This document shows, piece after piece, positions 17,300 through 26,975 of a stretch of 64,000 bases of DNA. A program made the position numbers and the translations under genes. Under the pieces are notes generated by a model. It saw only the letters and a list, made by a program, of their open reading frames with translations. It did no database searches and had not been told where the DNA came from. Numbering within the stretch: the stretch's first letter is position 1; the number at the start of each line of letters is the position of its first letter. Location: IMG/VR virus record IMGVR_UViG_3300028172_000069; one strand, written 5' to 3'. The DNA comes from a virus. Its lineage: Duplodnaviria > Caudoviricetes.

Positions 17300-20200
17300 T
17301 TACACGAAGTCGAAGGACACCATGCGCCCTTCTTGCAGCGTACCCCAGAACGAAGCAGCTCCGCTCCAGTACACGGACGTGCCTGTACCCATTGAAGCCA
17401 GCGGGGTTGTGAAACCGCTGTATGGCTGACCACTTAGGTTACCGAACCGCGTACCGTTTATCTCCAGCGTCTCCGTCCACAGAGGGATATCCGGAGTTGG
17501 TGTGATGTTCGTCACCTCCCAGCCAATAATCATGTAGTTATTGCGGTCAATGAACAGGCCTTTGATGCGGCGCACGACTCCGCCAACCTGCCAGAGCTTC
17601 TGCGAGCAACTGCCCAACGAAATCCAGCCGACTTGAGACGTGTAGTCGCTGTTCTCCATGTAACCGTAGAGCGTACCGACACCACCTTGATGGAACCCGA
17701 GAGTGATGTGAGGCTTGGGCTTACGCACTCGTGGATACTGCGGGAACTTAGGCACGTTGCCTTTGTACTGCGACACCTTAGAGCAACGCAGATCACGCAA
17801 GACTCCAGCGTAGGAGCTAATGTCACCGCGCTGAATTGCTATAGGCGATTGTCCAAAGTTGCCAGCGTAGGTTGCAGTAGCACTCGGCACACCATCGACA
17901 TACAGCGTGATGGTAGACCCGACGCGTTCAACAACCACGTAGTATTCCACACCAGCGACAGCCGTGATCGTTGACTCCAGCACGACCAGATCAGTCAGCG
18001 CAGCACCAGTCTTCGACAACACAGCGCCAATGTGACCGTTCATGATGCGGAAGTGCCACGAGTTGTCACTGCGCGAGTTCAGGAACTGACCGATGACGGA
18101 GCATGGATTGGCTGCAATGGTGTTGAACAACATGCGGCATTCAATCGTGAAGTCGGCTGCCATGAATGGCGGCGTAGTCTTCGAGAACTGGAATCCACCG
18201 CCGTTTGGAATCTGCAACTGGTTGTTGATTATCACTGCACTTCCCGAGACAGCAACATACGCCGAGGAGATTTGCTCGATCGGGTTGCTGCCGTTGAACT
18301 GCGCAACGACGTTTGCCTGATCGCTCTCGGAGTAGCGACGATCTGGGAACGCTGGGAAGCCGTTGAGCAGCACAGGCTTCCCGTTGTACATTGCCTTGTC
18401 AGCAATGCGAATGTCCCACATCTGTCCGGTACCAGCCCAGAAGTTACCTGCGGCCGACGAGTTGGAGATTGTACGAGGCATACTACCGCGAATCGGGTAC
18501 GGGATATTGGCAGACGTGGAGTCTAGCAGCACGCCTGTGTACGCATCCAGCAGGTAGATCGTAATGACACCACTAACACGCTCAACGATGATCTTGTAAG
18601 ACAGACCATTGGTTAGCGCCAGCTTCGAGATAACGTAGGTTGCGCTGGAGCCAGCCGCGTTCTGCGCGATGCCAAAGTATACCTTGCGGTCATTACCGAT
18701 GCTGAATGCCCAACGGTTACGTTCGTCCGTTGCTGTACCGTAGTACCACTCAGCAATCAGGATGCCTCCGTTTGCATTTGTTGCCGTAACGAGCAGCGAC
18801 GCTTCTAGCGTGAAGTCTCCAGCACCCCATGGGTCAATCTGCATCTGATAGCAGTTAGCAGTCGCCGACTGTGTGCCACCGAAGTAGATACGACCACGGC
18901 GCACGTAGCAGTTGGCGTAACCCAAGAAGGTCAGCGCACGTCCAGATGCAACGTTGTGATTGGAGTCTCGACGCATATCGAACTGGCAGCGGATAGCAGC
19001 CGCATCTTCATCCGAGTAGACAGTGCGAACGTGCTCCATAGGTGCCAAATCAGGCGTGAAGCTCTCGGTGTGTCGGCAGATGCCGCGGTCGATGTAGAAG
19101 TTGCGACGCCAGCCGTTGAAGCCGTTGCTGGAGCCAGTCATACCCAGGCTCAAGCCTTTGACTGCTGCCTGCTGCGCCTGACTTGCACCAGTGTCAATCG
19201 CGTTGATGGTCTGCTTGACACCGTTGTAGAAGATGTACAGAACACCGTTCTTGCGACCCAACTCAATGTGGAAGTCCACGTTGGCAGCCAGTGTCAGAAC
19301 GCCTGATGGGATCACTGCAACTTGGGTCCCGTCTGCCTTATAGAACCGGAACAGGAAGTTCTGGAAATTGGTAGCCCAGTTGCAGTACCAAGTACCACGT
19401 CCACCTTGCGCATCACCCGAGAAGATGTGCAGGTCTTTACCCACGTTTGCCGCAAGCTGGGTCGCAGGCGTGAGCGTGATACCCACAGTGAAGTCTTCGG
19501 TGCCATCGAACAACACCATGTCGTCTTCGTACAGACCTTGGCCGTCGGACGTTGTACGCATACGCTGATTGGCAAGCGTAGGCATTGTGTTCCACGACGT
19601 CATGAATTTCTCGGTCACGTCGTCGATGTGCTCATTGTCCTTGAACGACACAAGACGCCAGCGGTACGCATCGCCGATGGTGTTGATAACGCGCTCGCGG
19701 GTACTCACGGTGTTGAACGCTGATCCTGCCGTGTACGCAAGACCCCACGTGGTCCAGTCCGTCGAGGTGAAGATTTTGGTACCGCCAACGATGAACGAGT
19801 TCTTGTCGTAGGAGCTAATGTCCGAGAGCTTTTGCCCAGCACCGCCAAACATGGTGGTCGTGTTCGGCAGCGTTTGCCAGTTGTCACCATCGACACCGAA
19901 GAAGATCGTTGGGCCGCTGCCGGTATTACCTACAGCATAGAACGCATTGCTGTTGGCGTTGTAGCTCATACCGCCATCAACCATGTCTTCGTTGCTGCCG
20001 CCGTTACGTGTCTTCGTCCAGACGCCGTCTTTCTTGCGGTTGATCGACGCACCTTGTTGCAGCGAAGCTAGGGTAGTTGCACTGCCTGCGATGGCCGACT
20101 GGACAATGTAGGTCGAACCCGAGACAGCGTTCTCGTTGACAGCCACGTAGCCCGTACCGTTCCAGTTGAACACGGTGTAACCCGCACCCGATGCGCCACC

Positions 20201-20674
20201 GTTCTGGTAAATCTTGCCGTCAGCATCCCAGCGACGCGCACGCCGCTTGAAGTAGTTGGTGTGCATAGAGGAAGCGTTGATGCGCGTCCACGTAGCGCCG
20301 TTGTCCGTAGTGTAGATACACATACGGTTATTGGTGATGACTAGAAAACGACCAGCGTCATATACAATCGACGCTTGTGCCATTGGCACGTTAGTTATGA
20401 TATCCGTAGAGACCGTGAGCTTAGTCCACGTCACGCCGTCGTCAGTAGACTTCAGGATCGTGGAACTTGCGCCGACAATCATCCAGACGCCACCACCATA
20501 TGCTGCCATGTGCAGTTCAGTAGTGACACCAGACGCGGGTTCCGTCCATGTAACGCCGTCGGTAGTACGAGCGATCAGGCCATTAGCACCGACTGCGATT
20601 GTAGTGAATCCTTTCTGGGTCTTCAAAGGTCTGGCGATTGGCCAGAGTGAAAACTTAGGGATGAGTGAGAGCAT
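17300..20674 (-). CDS. beta-propeller + triple LamG putative virion fibre/adhesin
   Basis: MLSLIPKFSLWP start; BNR/Asp-box-like TTDGVTW and STDDGVTW repeats; three LamG-like domains; C-terminal tip domain. Confidence 0.8.
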   Translation of the reverse strand: MLSLIPKFSLWPIARPLKTQKGFTTIAVGANGLIARTTDGVTWTEPASGVTTELHMAAYGGGVWMIVGASSTILKSTDDGVTWTKLTVSTDIITNVPMAQASIVYDAGRFLVITNNRMCIYTTDNGATWTRINASSMHTNYFKRRARRWDADGKIYQNGGASGAGYTVFNWNGTGYVAVNENAVSGSTYIVQSAIAGSATTLASLQQGASINRKKDGVWTKTRNGGSNEDMVDGGMSYNANSNAFYAVGNTGSGPTIFFGVDGDNWQTLPNTTTMFGGAGQKLSDISSYDKNSFIVGGTKIFTSTDWTTWGLAYTAGSAFNTVSTRERVINTIGDAYRWRLVSFKDNEHIDDVTEKFMTSWNTMPTLANQRMRTTSDGQGLYEDDMVLFDGTEDFTVGITLTPATQLAANVGKDLHIFSGDAQGGRGTWYCNWATNFQNFLFRFYKADGTQVAVIPSGVLTLAANVDFHIELGRKNGVLYIFYNGVKQTINAIDTGASQAQQAAVKGLSLGMTGSSNGFNGWRRNFYIDRGICRHTESFTPDLAPMEHVRTVYSDEDAAAIRCQFDMRRDSNHNVASGRALTFLGYANCYVRRGRIYFGGTQSATANCYQMQIDPWGAGDFTLEASLLVTATNANGGILIAEWYYGTATDERNRWAFSIGNDRKVYFGIAQNAAGSSATYVISKLALTNGLSYKIIVERVSGVITIYLLDAYTGVLLDSTSANIPYPIRGSMPRTISNSSAAGNFWAGTGQMWDIRIADKAMYNGKPVLLNGFPAFPDRRYSESDQANVVAQFNGSNPIEQISSAYVAVSGSAVIINNQLQIPNGGGFQFSKTTPPFMAADFTIECRMLFNTIAANPCSVIGQFLNSRSDNSWHFRIMNGHIGAVLSKTGAALTDLVVLESTITAVAGVEYYVVVERVGSTITLYVDGVPSATATYAGNFGQSPIAIQRGDISSYAGVLRDLRCSKVSQYKGNVPKFPQYPRVRKPKPHITLGFHQGGVGTLYGYMENSDYTSQVGWISLGSCSQKLWQVGGVVRRIKGLFIDRNNYMIIGWEVTNITPTPDIPLWTETLEINGTRFGNLSGQPYSGFTTPLASMGTGTSVYWSGAASFWGTLQEGRMVSFDFV

Positions 20675-20908
20675 AAGCACCTACTTGCATGGATTGGTGC
20701 GTTGTTGGGATTGACCATTACGCAGTGTTGAAATTACACCACCTGCTTGAACTTAGGGAAAGACCCATGTGGTAATACGGCACCGCACACAACCAAGAAT
20801 GTGATCTTCAAGTAGTGCAGACTCCAAATCCGCAGTTCAAACGTTCTCCGGTCTAGTTACAAGACAGGGCGCGAAGCGTGGTACAAATATCGGCAGTGTG
20901 ATTACCTA

Positions 20909-22363
20909 CTATGCTTGGATTAATTCTATGGTGTAGGTCTCACCGTCAACGAAGTCAGCGAGTGTGTTCCACCAACTGTATATGGTATTACCTAGACCGA
21001 CCTGCGCAGTAATTGTTGAATTAAGGTCGAAATAGAACCATTTACCATTTGCCTTGATCCCTTTGTACTTAGCACGAATATCCGCGTGCGCTCCTGTGAT
21101 TTCTATGGAGAATCCGTTATACCCGTTGTTACCTGAGGCCTGTATCCAATCACAGCAAATCCGAACACCTTCACCTGTCGTGTTTTGAATCGTACCCGCG
21201 TTACCTGCAAGCCCATAACTGCCGTTTGTGTTGTCCACATAACCAGTTGAGCCCAAGTTAGCGTCACTGCCGACTTGCCTGCCTGCAGTAATGGTGAAGG
21301 CTTTTGCGATTTTCTCCTCAACCTTCCAGATGTTGGTCTTGGTAGTTGAGTTGGCAGTAAACAGGCTATGCGTGACAAAGTGCTGCGATCCCCAGCGGTA
21401 ACCCGCTTGGAAAATACCAGAGAGCTTGTCGATGGTCTTCCAGTTCTTTACCGAGAGGTCATCAAGTAGCGCCTTGATTTTGGCTACATAGGCTGTTACC
21501 TGCGCTTGTGTCGCGTTAGGATCGTCAGGTTGCGGCGCGAGTGAGGCGATCATCAGGGTGTTGTTTTTCACGAGGAACAGATACTTGTCAACGTGGGCGA
21601 TGGATTGGACTCCATATGGTCGCATGTCCAACAGGCCTGCAGTCTGACCCTGAGTGGGGCCTACATACAGCAGCATCTGCTGGTTTGTGCTCTGGAACCC
21701 ATAGAACACGTTATACCCGAAATACACGTAACGGGCATTTGAGGTCACACCCATACTTGGACCCAGCCCACCGTACTGAATAAACGTTGGGAAGTTCCAG
21801 CAGACGAACACGTTGCTGCCAGATGCTGACCAGGATGTGGAGCCGACTAAGGCATTCTTGCTCTTACCCCAGTAGTACGGGTCGACTGCGGGCGGTGAAG
21901 CGGTAGACTTGACCGTCGCCGTGCCTGACATATCTTTGGAGTTCGGCCGTGCCTCATAAGCGTTCTGGCTAGATCGGATGATCTGGTAGACCAACTCATT
22001 TTTGAAGGCGGTTAGTGAGCCGTGTCCGTACGTACTACCTGCCATCTTGGTAGTGAAGGTCTTACCGTCTGTGGCTAGCTGGGAGATACTCGCAACGGAT
22101 CGGCTCGATACCAACTTGTCCCCGACAGCGTAGAGTGACGGATAGGGAACACCAGTGTTGAAGTTTGTGGATTCAAATTGGAAGTTCGGGTCAATTCGCT
22201 CCACTGGTTGGTTAGGCGTATAGAACACATTGGGATCGTGGTGAAGCTGATAGTTCATACCAAGATCGCTGATCCTAGCCTTTGTGTACGTGCCGAGAAG
22301 TGATACGTCTTGCCCAAGTCGATCTTTGGGCCAGAGAGCAAAGCGAGGTACTAGGCTAAGCAT
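20909..22363 (-). CDS. putative virion fibre/receptor-binding protein
   Basis: MLSLVPRFALWP start after AGGG RBS; beta-rich; C-terminal domain resembles that of 17300-20674. Confidence 0.75.
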   Translation of the reverse strand: MLSLVPRFALWPKDRLGQDVSLLGTYTKARISDLGMNYQLHHDPNVFYTPNQPVERIDPNFQFESTNFNTGVPYPSLYAVGDKLVSSRSVASISQLATDGKTFTTKMAGSTYGHGSLTAFKNELVYQIIRSSQNAYEARPNSKDMSGTATVKSTASPPAVDPYYWGKSKNALVGSTSWSASGSNVFVCWNFPTFIQYGGLGPSMGVTSNARYVYFGYNVFYGFQSTNQQMLLYVGPTQGQTAGLLDMRPYGVQSIAHVDKYLFLVKNNTLMIASLAPQPDDPNATQAQVTAYVAKIKALLDDLSVKNWKTIDKLSGIFQAGYRWGSQHFVTHSLFTANSTTKTNIWKVEEKIAKAFTITAGRQVGSDANLGSTGYVDNTNGSYGLAGNAGTIQNTTGEGVRICCDWIQASGNNGYNGFSIEITGAHADIRAKYKGIKANGKWFYFDLNSTITAQVGLGNTIYSWWNTLADFVDGETYTIELIQA

Positions 22364-22380
22364 GTTTTTGTCCCTAAATG

Positions 22381-22414
22381 AAAAAGGGTCGGCAGCCGTG
22401 AGACTACCAACCCT
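22381..22414 (-). terminator. Rho-independent terminator
   Basis: AGGGTTGGTAGTC-TCAC-GGCTGCCGACCCT followed by TTTT on the minus strand. Confidence 0.8.
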
Positions 22415-22418
22415 GGTA

Positions 22419-22949
22419 TTACGCTGCGGCTGTGACGTAGCAGCAGGCTGGCTCACTTACTTGTCCATAAGCATTGACCATTCGGTAGCTGAACGAGTCA
22501 TTGCCCGTGAAGCCATTACTGACATACGACATACGCCGACCATCGTTGCTCACACGCGCTACACCATTCTGTGGTTGCCCCAAAATCTGAGGCCAGAACG
22601 GTATGGACGTGACGAACGAGTTACCTTCTGCCTGTACCATGTTGCTGGTGACGTTGATCGTGGTGTCTTCAAACGGAAGGATTTCCGAGTAGACGCGCAC
22701 AATGTAGTCCCCAGGTTCCCGTACAACCAGCTTCCCATCCTCGAAGTAATACTCAGGGAAGAATCCCTCTTCGCGGTTGAGCGTGATCCCGTCAAGCGTG
22801 AACACGTCGAACATATTGCGGTTGATCGGTACCATGACCAGATAGTCGGTGAACGACGTGTCCTGATAGCTGACACTGCGCGCCTTTACAAGCCCGCGCA
22901 GATTTGCCGTGATGGGTTTGGCGTAGCGGAATTGACTTTGAGTAATCAT
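22419..22949 (-). CDS. virion protein with C-terminal Ig-like (Big_9/cadherin-like) domain
   Basis: QPQNGVARV..DG..MSYVSNGFTGNDSFSY..V.AYG pattern. Confidence 0.7.
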   Translation of the reverse strand: MITQSQFRYAKPITANLRGLVKARSVSYQDTSFTDYLVMVPINRNMFDVFTLDGITLNREEGFFPEYYFEDGKLVVREPGDYIVRVYSEILPFEDTTINVTSNMVQAEGNSFVTSIPFWPQILGQPQNGVARVSNDGRRMSYVSNGFTGNDSFSYRMVNAYGQVSEPACCYVTAAA

Positions 22950-25903
22950 CAGCCACCTCTCACATAGCCGAAACGTTTCTTGAACTCAGGCTGCGTGACA
23001 GGGCACGACGCGGCGACAGCTACTGGCAAGGTGACGAAAATCCACTTGCCGTCGATCTGACGATACTCCACTTCCAGCTCAAGTCCCAACGTGGCGACGT
23101 AAGCCTCAGCCTGTGCTTGTGTTGCAAACACACCGCGCGATTCGTCGGCCATGGTGTAGCTATTACGCTTCGGCGTCTCGAACGACGGTGCGGCTTTGGC
23201 CACTTCCTTGATCGAAGACACGTTGCGCACGTAAGCCATGGGTTGCTCAGAACGAGTGAGCGCTTGACGCCGCTCATACGCAGTGTTTACACCATAGGCA
23301 ACACGAGGCGGACGCATAACGAAGCTCAGCGACACCTCGATGCGCTTGTTGTTCGGACGCAGACCCTCGATGAAAGGCATCGGAGAGAACGCCTGACCAA
23401 GCGTGTGATGACGCTGGTAGATCGCATCAACAAAACTCACTGGGTAGCGGTAGAACTTGTCCACACCCATAGTGAATTGCCACGCACGGCTCACTTGAGG
23501 CTGTTCCCAAACAGTATCCAGATACATCGGAGCGTTCAGGTGATCCAGCTTGATCTCCATGTCGCGGTACATCGGAGCCTTGGCGGCATAGCGATAGTAC
23601 GCAAGCGGGCGATACCGTGGAGTGCTCAGCGGAGTCTGCTTGTACGTCAATGGTGAATACTGCGGCGCGTTCAGGTGATTAAGCCTGAAGTTGTCCTTCA
23701 CGTCGATCTGTACCAGCTTGACTGTAGCCACATCGCGGCTGAACTCAGACGGTGTGTATACCGTCTTGCCGAGGTAGGAGCGGTTGGCGTCCCAGGCACT
23801 GAACAGGATCAGCTTGTCCCAATGCGTGCGCTGGGCTTCGGCTTCTGCCTGCACCTTAAGCACTGTCTGGGAAGGTAGGCGATCCGCGGTCTGGAGTTGC
23901 GACTTGGCAAATTGCGACTTGGTAAGTACCGGTGACGGCACAGCGTTGAGCTTGATGATGCGAGTCTTGTCGCACACTGGCGAGTACCCATCAGCGCTCA
24001 GCACTGTAGGTTGCGTGCTTACATCAGGCTCGTCGGCAGTCCAGCTCTGCACCGAGTTGCTATCGTACCAATCACCGACAAGCGGCTCATTACTCACACG
24101 CTCTGGCGGCTCGTACACAACGGTCAAACCACGAGGCACATCGACCACGTTCTCTTCCCAGACCAATGCGCCGTTAAGCTGCATCATCAGGATTGTCCAC
24201 GTCGCCACAGGCTTGTCGTACACGGTGTTGATGGTGTACGCAATACGCTGCGCCAAGAGGCTTACTGGAGTGGCGTGAACCACAACAATGTCACCGTTCT
24301 TGATCGTGCCTGTCTTACCGAAGTCACCCCCGTTGACGCTGAACTCGATGATGGATTCATCGGTGTCAATGTCCACGCTGAACCCGTCAGTCATACCTTC
24401 GACAGCGAAGAGGTCCTCGTATTGCACGCGCGGCAGAGCATCGTTCACTTGGTCAAGCGTGCTCAACGTTGGGAACAGCTTCGGCTCGGTGCGCAACTGG
24501 AACGTGGTTGCCCGACGGCCCATGAACGTGACCGCTTGCGCATCGTAGTACGACGCCCGTGCCGGTACGCTGATCTTTACCACGTCGTCTTTCTTCAGGT
24601 AACCCGAAGTCCACGGAAGACCGTTGACCGTGACCGTCGCGTTCGTGGTGCCAAGCTTGACAAACTCTGGGCGAACCCAGTTGACTGTCCACGTGTACTC
24701 ATACGCGGCGTTGTACGGCACGTTCTCCACGATGGTCTGCACAGGGCTGACGTTCGCTTCCGCAGAGGTGACGTCCGCAGCATCCGAATACAGGTCGGTG
24801 ACAACAACCTCGCCCATGTAAGCAGCACCAGCCGACCGCACAGTGGTAGCGACGTCGGTCGCATTACCAAGTGTTTGGTCATACTTGATGATGCCAGTGG
24901 TGTCGAGGAAGGACACGTAGATTTCACTGCGGTAGACCACTACGTCCAGAGGAACCTTGGAGTAGTAGACCGTCTTCTCCAGTGCCTTGGAGTTGCGGTT
25001 GATAAGCAGCAAACAACGGTTCGTTGCGTCAACCGCATAGACGTATACATCGTTCAGGTCCATGTCGAAGTACAAACCTGGGCGAGCCAGAATCTGCGTC
25101 ACGGTGAACGAACCTGCAACCCGCGCAACTGTGGTGATACCCGAAGCCATGCCCAGATAGAGCAGGCCAGAGTTGTCGCACACAATCGAGGTCAATCCAG
25201 TGAACGTGCCAGTCTGGGTATACAGCAGCGCGCCCGCGTTGCTCCAGACTTCGATACGGTCAGCGAAGCCGATGACAATGTTGCCTTCCATGTCGCCAGT
25301 GGCAGCCAGAGGCGTACCAGTCAGCGTGTAGGACGAGTCAACGGCGAACAGGTTGGTGAGTTTGTACAGCTTGCCAGCAGTGACCACCCAAGGCACGGCA
25401 GCAACGTTGTCAGCTTCGCTCCAGATAGGAGAAAAGGTGATCGCGACAGGTGTTTCCGCAAAGGTGAGTTTCTTCACCTCGTCGGCAGTGTTGAAGAACC
25501 AGATTTCCTTCTTGGCGTAGTCGATGGATGCGACTGCATCGGCAACGGTGAAGGTTCCGGTGGCTGCGTAGGACAGTTGCTTGCTCGACCCTGGCTTGTA
25601 CAGCTTGCCATAGGTAGAGCCGGTGATCGCCTTGTACGCCTGGGTAGTGACGTAACGCAGAGTCTTTGGCAGGTCAACGAACCAGAGGTAAGTCTTCCCG
25701 GCGAGAACCACGCTAATCTCGGCGTATGCAGTCACGGTAGTCGTGAGACGTGCCGTGTCACCTTTCGTAACCTGAATGTCCGTATTCGCAGCGTAGTCTT
25801 GGCCCTTGTACGTGACCACGCAACCCGCTTTCAGAACACCAGTGGCGTCTAGGGTTACGTCTACGTAGGTTGAGCCAGAAGCCAAGCTAACTGGAATAAA
25901 CAT
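22949..25903 (-). CDS. large virion structural protein with beta-propeller and beta-sandwich repeats
   Basis: 984 aa; YVTN/NHL-like strands (YVYAVDATNR, VVVYRSEIYVS); SVNGG repeats. Confidence 0.7.
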   Translation of the reverse strand: MFIPVSLASGSTYVDVTLDATGVLKAGCVVTYKGQDYAANTDIQVTKGDTARLTTTVTAYAEISVVLAGKTYLWFVDLPKTLRYVTTQAYKAITGSTYGKLYKPGSSKQLSYAATGTFTVADAVASIDYAKKEIWFFNTADEVKKLTFAETPVAITFSPIWSEADNVAAVPWVVTAGKLYKLTNLFAVDSSYTLTGTPLAATGDMEGNIVIGFADRIEVWSNAGALLYTQTGTFTGLTSIVCDNSGLLYLGMASGITTVARVAGSFTVTQILARPGLYFDMDLNDVYVYAVDATNRCLLLINRNSKALEKTVYYSKVPLDVVVYRSEIYVSFLDTTGIIKYDQTLGNATDVATTVRSAGAAYMGEVVVTDLYSDAADVTSAEANVSPVQTIVENVPYNAAYEYTWTVNWVRPEFVKLGTTNATVTVNGLPWTSGYLKKDDVVKISVPARASYYDAQAVTFMGRRATTFQLRTEPKLFPTLSTLDQVNDALPRVQYEDLFAVEGMTDGFSVDIDTDESIIEFSVNGGDFGKTGTIKNGDIVVVHATPVSLLAQRIAYTINTVYDKPVATWTILMMQLNGALVWEENVVDVPRGLTVVYEPPERVSNEPLVGDWYDSNSVQSWTADEPDVSTQPTVLSADGYSPVCDKTRIIKLNAVPSPVLTKSQFAKSQLQTADRLPSQTVLKVQAEAEAQRTHWDKLILFSAWDANRSYLGKTVYTPSEFSRDVATVKLVQIDVKDNFRLNHLNAPQYSPLTYKQTPLSTPRYRPLAYYRYAAKAPMYRDMEIKLDHLNAPMYLDTVWEQPQVSRAWQFTMGVDKFYRYPVSFVDAIYQRHHTLGQAFSPMPFIEGLRPNNKRIEVSLSFVMRPPRVAYGVNTAYERRQALTRSEQPMAYVRNVSSIKEVAKAAPSFETPKRNSYTMADESRGVFATQAQAEAYVATLGLELEVEYRQIDGKWIFVTLPVAVAASCPVTQPEFKKRFGYVRGG

Positions 25904-25922
25904 GGGCGGCTCCGTGGAAACG

Positions 25923-25954
25923 AAAAAGGGAGCTAAAGATAGTCTTTAGCCCCC
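25923..25954 (-). terminator. Rho-independent terminator
   Basis: GGGGGCTAAAGA-CTA-TCTTTAGCTCCC-TTTTT after gene 25968-26963. Confidence 0.85.
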
Positions 25955-25967
25955 AGTGAATGCCGAA

Positions 25968-26963
25968 TTAGACGGCTTCAGGTACACCGCCACCCGACAC
26001 GAGGAGCAGCAGACGCATGCCGGCGTTGTTCGGCTTGTTGGCCTTCATCGCGCGGTAGATACGATCCGAAGTCTCACCGTAGACGCGAACCGGGATTTCC
26101 GATTCTTCGCCGATCACGTCAGCCGAGGTGTACGCGAACAGGTCGAGTTCCTCGGTGTAAGCGTAACGGTCGGTGTTCAGACGGTTCGGGAAGGTCACCA
26201 GGTACTTGTTACCCTTGGCGATTGCAACCTGATCCTGACTGTTCAGGATCGCCGCGCTGTTCACCGAGTCGGCGTCAGCCGGCTTGCTGATGGATGGACG
26301 GAAGACGTCCTTCTCGTTGACAACGAACTTCATCGGGCCCGAGGTATCGCACTCGTAGACCACGAAGATCGGCGAGTTGTCGGTGATCAGGGCGACACCG
26401 GTGTCCTTGTTCACAGGAACTTGGACGTTGAAGAAGCTGTAACGCGGGTTGGCGTCGGAAGCATCTTCCCAGACGAACAGGGTGATACCGCGTGGGGTGG
26501 CTACCAGCAGGTAGGACAGGGTAGTACCCAGGTCGTAGCCGCTGTTCTGCACGTCACGGTTGATGAAGGTGTCGCCGATCACAGGCTGCGGTTTGGTCCA
26601 GGAAGTACCCAGCTGACCCATGACACGAGTACCATTGATATCTACGCCCGAACCTGGGAACGAGGTGACGGCACCCGCAGTGGTGATCTGCTGTGGGTTG
26701 GCAATTGCCATCTTGATCTTGCCCGCACCAGCAGTAGCGCCCGACAGGTCGAGCAGCAGACGCCATGGTTGGGTTTCGTTCAGTGGGTTGACGCCCGCCG
26801 AAGAGTCGAAGACGAACTTGCCTGCACCACTGGTGACAGAGAAGTTCTGGCCCGAAGCCGGCAGAACCTGAGTCAGACCCGCGCTTTTCAGGTCGGCGAA
26901 CAGTGCGGTCGCGAACTGATCGAGACCTTGCAGTTTGGACTTCTTGTAAATCTTACCAGCCAT
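25968..26963 (-). CDS. probable abundant virion structural protein
   Basis: 331 aa, strong C/G-ending codon bias, GGAG RBS, own terminator. Confidence 0.7.
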   Translation of the reverse strand: MAGKIYKKSKLQGLDQFATALFADLKSAGLTQVLPASGQNFSVTSGAGKFVFDSSAGVNPLNETQPWRLLLDLSGATAGAGKIKMAIANPQQITTAGAVTSFPGSGVDINGTRVMGQLGTSWTKPQPVIGDTFINRDVQNSGYDLGTTLSYLLVATPRGITLFVWEDASDANPRYSFFNVQVPVNKDTGVALITDNSPIFVVYECDTSGPMKFVVNEKDVFRPSISKPADADSVNSAAILNSQDQVAIAKGNKYLVTFPNRLNTDRYAYTEELDLFAYTSADVIGEESEIPVRVYGETSDRIYRAMKANKPNNAGMRLLLLVSGGGVPEAV

Positions 26964-26975
26964 GTTGTTTCTCCG

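Noticed and set aside
20817-20841. Intact tRNA-Trp gene
   Set aside because: Only an imperfect anticodon arm and a T-loop-like heptamer; no acceptor, D or T stems, so not called as a feature
10861-22363. Diversity-generating retroelement or invertase-type fibre switching
   Set aside because: No reverse transcriptase, template/variable repeat pair, recombinase or flanking inverted repeats seen in the window
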